From: Psychrobacter cryohalolentis K5
GTDB lineage: Bacteria > Pseudomonadota > Gammaproteobacteria > Pseudomonadales > Moraxellaceae
DNA length: 32,000 nucleotides
Direction of reading: 5' to 3'
Assembly: GCF_000013905.1 (NCBI RefSeq)
Contig: NC_007969.1
Span: 1,050,001 to 1,082,000, forward strand
The position numbers were made by a program, and so were the translations under genes. The first letter of the stretch is position 1, and each line of letters begins with the position of its first letter. The notes under the pieces are model-generated. The model made no database searches and was not told where the DNA came from. It saw only the letters and a program-made list of their open reading frames with translations. Positions 27,587 through 32,000 of this stretch are shown in pieces.

Positions 27587-28639
27587 ATGAAATTAGCACC
27601 TTTTTTTTCGATAGGTGCACTAGCAGCTATTAGCCTTTTTGGTTGTTCTGGCCAATCTGATAACAGTAGCGAAGTTGCCTCAAATCAAGAAGTTACCGTT
27701 CTACGTTTCTCCCATTTTTATCCCGCCACTGCTGATGTTAATAAAGAAATCTTTGAGCCATGGGCCAAAAAAATTGGAGAAGATTCTAATGGTCGTCTTA
27801 AGGTTGAGGTATATCCATCGGCAACACTCAGTAAAGCAGATACCGCTTATGAATCCACAGTAAAGGGAACGATTGACATCGGTTCTCAAGTACAGGGTTA
27901 TACTAGTGGTCGCTTTCCACTGACCCAGATTGCAGAGCTTCCCGGTTTGTCTAATTCATCAACACAGACAGGTTGTATGCTGCAAACCCTTTATGAAAAT
28001 GGCACTATATCTAGCGAATATGAAGATTCACATCTCCTTTTTATGTTCGCTACCGGCCCTGGTACATTACATAGTGCTGATAAGCTTATTCGAACTCCCG
28101 AAGATATGAAAGGGATGCGTATCCGCAGGCCATCTGCTGTAGCAGGTGATATTATCGAAAGTATGGGTGCCTCTCCTGTGGGTTTACCTGCCAATGATAT
28201 ATATACGTCTCTACAGCGCGGTGTGGTTGATGGATTGAGCTTTCCATGGGAGGCGATCACAACTTTCAAGCTTGATGAGTTAACCAAATATCATACCAAT
28301 ATCCCATTTTATAGTTCTGCTCTGATGATGACTATGAATAAAGATAAATATGAAAGTTTGCCTGATGATTTAAAAAAGGTCATTGATGATAACTCAGGTA
28401 TGGCTCTTACTAAGAAAGTTGGTGAGATGTGGGATAGAACTGATTTATTAGGTTTGCAAGCTGCTAAAGATAGAGGTGATGAGATCATTGATATTTCAGA
28501 TCCACTTAATGATCCAGATTGGAAAGGACCTCTGCTAAAAGGAACACAAAAATACTTAGACGATGTAAGCGCATTAGGACTCGATGCTGAAAGTGTCTAT
28601 GAAAAAGCAAAAGCTGCTAGTGTGGCCTGTAAGGTTTAA
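27587..28639 (+). CDS. TRAP transporter solute-binding subunit (DctP family), lipoprotein
   Basis: ATG 7 nt after AAAAGGAA. Signal peptide with lipobox LFGC. DctP-like body (RFSHFYPAT..., MRIRRPS). No DctQ/DctM genes follow. Confidence 0.85.
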   Translation: MKLAPFFSIGALAAISLFGCSGQSDNSSEVASNQEVTVLRFSHFYPATADVNKEIFEPWAKKIGEDSNGRLKVEVYPSATLSKADTAYESTVKGTIDIGSQVQGYTSGRFPLTQIAELPGLSNSSTQTGCMLQTLYENGTISSEYEDSHLLFMFATGPGTLHSADKLIRTPEDMKGMRIRRPSAVAGDIIESMGASPVGLPANDIYTSLQRGVVDGLSFPWEAITTFKLDELTKYHTNIPFYSSALMMTMNKDKYESLPDDLKKVIDDNSGMALTKKVGEMWDRTDLLGLQAAKDRGDEIIDISDPLNDPDWKGPLLKGTQKYLDDVSALGLDAESVYEKAKAASVACKV

Positions 28640-28697
28640 TTATATTTTTAATATTAGGACGTGTCATCAAGTCTTGTACAACCCCTGAAAATTCGAC

Positions 28698-28730
28698 AAA
28701 AAAAAGCCTCACTGTTAAGTGAGGCTTTTT
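28698..28730. terminator. bidirectional intrinsic terminator shared by the TRAP gene (+) and the tRNA-Gly remnant (-)
   Basis: GCCTCAC (28706-28712) pairs with GTGAGGC (28719-28725). An A8 run precedes it and a T5 run follows. Confidence 0.7.
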
Positions 28731-28737
28731 AAGTATT

Positions 28738-28782
28738 TGGAGCGGGAAAAGAGATTCGAACTCTCGACCCCAACCTTGGCAA
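28738..28782 (-). pseudogene. 3' 45 nt of tRNA-Gly(GCC), from anticodon loop to CCA; the 5' half is absent. Probable att repeat of an integrated element.
   Basis: The minus strand reads TTGCCAA-GGTTG-GGGTC-GAGAG-TTCGAAT-CTCTT-TTCCCGC-T-CCA. This corresponds to the anticodon loop with GCC, the 3' anticodon stem, the variable loop, the T arm, the acceptor 3' strand, the discriminator and CCA. The expected 5' acceptor strand GCGGGAA and the D arm are not present upstream (28783-28830). Confidence 0.75.
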
Positions 28783-28922
28783 TGTTAACTGATCGATTTT
28801 CATTGAAATGTGTAATTCTACATTAACCTGTATATATTGATATATAAGGGCTCCGAGATGGTTAATGAATTATAGCTTTAAGGGTGGATTAAGTAAACGT
28901 ATTTTTTAGTCTGAATACGGTC

Positions 28923-28938
28923 ACCCTAATATTAGGGT
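28923..28938. repeat. perfect 16-bp palindrome inside the island terminal non-coding region
   Basis: ACCCTAATATTAGGGT, flanked by GGTC (28919-28922) and GACC (28944-28947). Confidence 0.6.
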
Positions 28939-29175
28939 CTTTTGACCACTTAGCCCTACCCGAGTGGTAAGCAGAATCCACTGCAATATTAGTTATATCT
29001 GATGATTTGATTAGTGTTTTCCCTAAAAAGCAGTGCGTCTTTGATTTTTTAGCTCCCGTTTCTGTCCTTAATTGCATCGAACTATATTTAATATATAACG
29101 GTTATACAAACGTATTCCGGTCTAACTGAGTATCATATGGCTGTATACCTACCGTATTTTCTCATGGAATATTTA

Positions 29176-31974
29176 TCAGACTTCATCATCCACTATCATA
29201 AAAAGATGTACTAAAAACCTTAGTAAGCCAGAAAATGCTTTACCATTTGATGTCTGTTCGTCAGTAATACAAATGCCAAATCTGATAGTGCGAGAGTTGG
29301 AAGGTTTGAATATGATTTTTGAGGTCTCTGATTTTTTATCAGTAGTTCTATAGATATCATGGACAGTAGCTTTTATACCTTCATTACCTGAAATCATCCA
29401 CGACTGTGCAGGTAAAAGTCTCACGCTAATCTGTACAAACCTTAGAAACTCCTCTATATCTTTTACTGGAAATGAAAGATAGGCATTATCAATAGTGATT
29501 TTTTGTCTAACTATCTTTAGAAACCATAGGTAGTCCGCATGTTGTTGATCACGTAAGATCCAGACTGATTTTAGTATGACGGGTAAGAGCTCATAGTTTT
29601 CTCTACTTTTCAGACTCTTTGGTTGTCGTTGATCCGTTGTGTCAATGAAGCGACATTTCCCCTGGCTAGTAGTAATCTGAGCTATTTTCTCAGCGCGTTT
29701 AGCGAATACTTGCCCATCTTCGAACTTTATATATGAATGGTTTGATGATAGTCGGATATCGCCGCTTTCCTCTTCTAACAGCTTTAAGAATTTGATGAGT
29801 TGATTAATACTATAGCGGTGAACTCTATCATCTGCCACATTAGTAGTGAACACATCACTTTCCTTGAACCGATTAGCAGTATCAATAGTAAGGTTTACTG
29901 GGATATCTCGACTTTGATTTAAGGTCAGTTTCTTTGCCAATTTGCGAGTATCGGAGAGGGATATCTTGTCATCAACAATTGAAATGCTATTTGACTTGAG
30001 CCTATCTTTACTAATATCAGTAATATTTTTAAAGATAACGTAATCTAATTGCATTTCTGTATTGGCAATAGCGTATGTAGTCATGAGCATTGATGAATGA
30101 ATGTAATACTCAAAGCTACGATTAGGAGATATATGTCCGACTAATCCTGAAATTGCATACCATCTATCTTGAGCATCATGATTAACTCCTAATAGCCCGG
30201 TCTTTACCTTGGCAATATATTGATTGTCGTAACCAGTTAACGTTTTTACAAGCTGATCGTTAGCATTCAAAACAAGTGATAAGTTAGTAATGGCTGTATG
30301 TCTGAATGCGTGGAATGTATGATCCTTTGCTTCGATTAAGCTCAGTATTCTTCTCAGTACGGCAAGAGGTTCTGCATCATCAATTGGGTATTTGTCAAAT
30401 GAGTGACTAAATATATAATCTGTTTTATTAAGCTCGTTCAGTTGTATATATTGATTAAAAAACTTCAATTCCTCGTCAGATAGTAGTGAGAAAACTGCTA
30501 CTCGGCGGATACTACCTTGAGTTTTTGTGCTGCGGTAGATATTTGGACGAATAACTAAAGAGGGTTCACCAAGGGTAAATCCTTCAATATCTTCATACCT
30601 TAATCCAAGCAACTCTTTCTTCCGCATGCCTGTACGGTATGCTAAAACAAACAACAGTTTGTACATATCCACTTCGAAGGGATCAACAACTTTTGGCATA
30701 TTCAATAAAATTGCTTGATACTCTAGTGGTGAAATCCATTCGCTACGTACCACTCTTTGTGTCTGGGCCTCTTTAATACTGACTTTAGGGAAGTGATAGT
30801 GTTCAACCCCTATATCATGTAACCGCTGCAGTAGCTTTGCTGAATATTGGATGTCTTTATTATCACGATAGACAGCTTTGTGCTCTAAAATCTCTTCGTA
30901 GCATTCTTCAAAATCCTCACTACTGTAAGTGTTTAGAGGCTGTCCTGATAAGAAATAAAGCCACTCATAAGCTACCGAACTTAAATAGCCCTGAATGGTC
31001 TCTTTTTTAGGGCGTGGCTTTACGTTACATCTAGACAGCACAAACTGAATTAAAATCTTTTCAGCAATGTCACGCTCTTCATTTAACATCTTTGTTAAAT
31101 GATAGTTAATATCATATTCATTATTTTTGAGTTTTTCTTTTTGTTGACGAGTATTGTAGTGACTGTCTAACTGTTTATAAATACGTTTCACGATATCTAT
31201 CTTACGTACTTCCGCCAACTCAGAATACCTAACGGTATTTTTGCTGATCTTAGATAGAGGTGCCTCGATTGATAAAGAGGGTTTGTTAGTTTTATACTCT
31301 TTATTTAGTAAGTTGGAAAAATCATCTGGGAGTAGACCTGTGGTTTTACGCTTGCCTTGTGCAACTCCGATTAGAGCTTGATCAACAAAGACATTGGGCA
31401 TCATTTCCCAATGATAACTCGCATAACTTAGCAACCATGGTAGAGAAGGGACCTTATTTTTAGGTATTTGTAAGACAATACTGAGGTGGTTTCTAAGCAG
31501 TTTTTCAATATCTGTGTTCGTCCTAAACTGATAAGGATCATTAAACTTTCTACATCGGTACAACCAGCATTGGCTGATGACGTCTAGAGAGACTTGCTGA
31601 GTAATGTATAAAGAGCTCTTTCTTACATTAGGAGACTCCACTCTTTCATTACCATAATTTTTTGTAGGGTAACGTACAGAAACAATGACATGATGATCAT
31701 TGAAAGCAGTTAAGACTGGTTGATCTAACAGAGTATTGACTAAAGCCGCCAGTAATTCTTTATCATTAATCCCGCCAAAAGCTATTAGTGAGAATATAAG
31801 CGACGCTAAGGACTGATTTTGATCTTTACTTGCCGCCGCCCAATCTGCCATCATCGCTTTAGTTATTTTATTAAAAAGCTTGCCGTTTTTTACCCAGTTT
31901 TCATCAATTGATAGTGGGTTTTCCTTTACTAAAACAGGCTCACTGGGTAAAGGGTAGGCATACTCTGACTGCAT
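29176..31974 (-). CDS. very large (932 aa) tyrosine-type site-specific recombinase/integrase with long N- and C-terminal extensions
   Basis: The central region carries the tyrosine-recombinase catalytic signature. Arg I lies in LAYRTGMRKKELLGLRYEDI, H-x-x-R in FHAFRHTAITNL, and His plus the nucleophilic Tyr in LVGHISPNRSFEYYIHS. I recognise no motif in the flanking regions of roughly 430 aa and 290 aa. No obvious Shine-Dalgarno precedes the ATG at 31974. Confidence 0.8.
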   Translation of the reverse strand: MQSEYAYPLPSEPVLVKENPLSIDENWVKNGKLFNKITKAMMADWAAASKDQNQSLASLIFSLIAFGGINDKELLAALVNTLLDQPVLTAFNDHHVIVSVRYPTKNYGNERVESPNVRKSSLYITQQVSLDVISQCWLYRCRKFNDPYQFRTNTDIEKLLRNHLSIVLQIPKNKVPSLPWLLSYASYHWEMMPNVFVDQALIGVAQGKRKTTGLLPDDFSNLLNKEYKTNKPSLSIEAPLSKISKNTVRYSELAEVRKIDIVKRIYKQLDSHYNTRQQKEKLKNNEYDINYHLTKMLNEERDIAEKILIQFVLSRCNVKPRPKKETIQGYLSSVAYEWLYFLSGQPLNTYSSEDFEECYEEILEHKAVYRDNKDIQYSAKLLQRLHDIGVEHYHFPKVSIKEAQTQRVVRSEWISPLEYQAILLNMPKVVDPFEVDMYKLLFVLAYRTGMRKKELLGLRYEDIEGFTLGEPSLVIRPNIYRSTKTQGSIRRVAVFSLLSDEELKFFNQYIQLNELNKTDYIFSHSFDKYPIDDAEPLAVLRRILSLIEAKDHTFHAFRHTAITNLSLVLNANDQLVKTLTGYDNQYIAKVKTGLLGVNHDAQDRWYAISGLVGHISPNRSFEYYIHSSMLMTTYAIANTEMQLDYVIFKNITDISKDRLKSNSISIVDDKISLSDTRKLAKKLTLNQSRDIPVNLTIDTANRFKESDVFTTNVADDRVHRYSINQLIKFLKLLEEESGDIRLSSNHSYIKFEDGQVFAKRAEKIAQITTSQGKCRFIDTTDQRQPKSLKSRENYELLPVILKSVWILRDQQHADYLWFLKIVRQKITIDNAYLSFPVKDIEEFLRFVQISVRLLPAQSWMISGNEGIKATVHDIYRTTDKKSETSKIIFKPSNSRTIRFGICITDEQTSNGKAFSGLLRFLVHLFMIVDDEV

Positions 31975-32000
31975 ATAAAACGCGTTGTAGTAGCTGACAA

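Larger units (their letters stand above)
28783..32000. mobile_element. proximal end of an integrated genomic island or integrative element at tRNA-Gly; continues beyond the window
   Basis: It starts exactly where tRNA homology ends and carries a tyrosine recombinase. The DNA is visibly more AT-rich: the 60-nt line at 29221 is 21/60 G+C, against 29/60 for the line at 13021. Confidence 0.5.

Noticed and set aside
28738-28830. A possible intact tRNA gene on the minus strand
   Set aside because: I tried to extend the cloverleaf upstream. The 5' acceptor strand (GCGGGAA), D arm and 5' anticodon stem are absent, and homology stops at the anticodon loop. I therefore called it a remnant or att site, not a functional tRNA.
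28889-29077. 62-aa ORF downstream of the recombinase, a possible excisionase
   Set aside because: It bears no resemblance to AlpA/Xis-type helix-turn-helix proteins and has no ribosome-binding site. It spans the palindromic, hairpin-rich DNA, so I treated the region as non-coding.
1-32000. Scan for CRISPR arrays, rRNA, IS elements with terminal inverted repeats, and toxin-antitoxin or known defence gene pairs
   Set aside because: I saw no regularly spaced direct repeats, no transposase-like ORF and no small adjacent gene pairs with TA-like features. The only mobile-element signature is the tRNA-Gly junction with its recombinase.

Overview
This window looks like a gammaproteobacterial chromosome. 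Gene content and AT-leaning codon usage suggest Moraxellaceae (Psychrobacter or Acinetobacter type), but that is only a guess. All family calls come from remembered motifs; no similarity search was run. Most of the window is ordinary core metabolism, with three parts worth attention. (1) 6.2-17.8 kb carries a same-strand cluster that appears to encode every step of a lysine/pipecolate to 2-oxoglutarate pathway. It includes the DUF1338 enzyme HglS, an embedded NhaC-family transporter and an upstream LysR regulator. (2) 18.1-20.9 kb carries the MesX (DUF1852) / MesD core methionine synthase / flavin reductase trio, an oxygen-dependent, folate-independent methionine synthase whose methyl donor is still unknown. 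(3) At 28.74 kb a 45-nt 3' fragment of tRNA-Gly(GCC) marks the edge of an integrated, more AT-rich element. The only visible gene of that element is an unusually large (932 aa) tyrosine recombinase; its cargo lies beyond the window end. Other genes: atoE, a very acidic orphan protein, chrA, a 237-aa orphan with a long leader, a TauE/SafE permease, a minus-strand Fe-ADH/SMP-30/PaaI-thioesterase group, rluF, an SRPBCC protein, a DUF1244 protein and an orphan TRAP solute-binding lipoprotein. I saw no CRISPR array, rRNA, intact tRNA or recognisable IS element.
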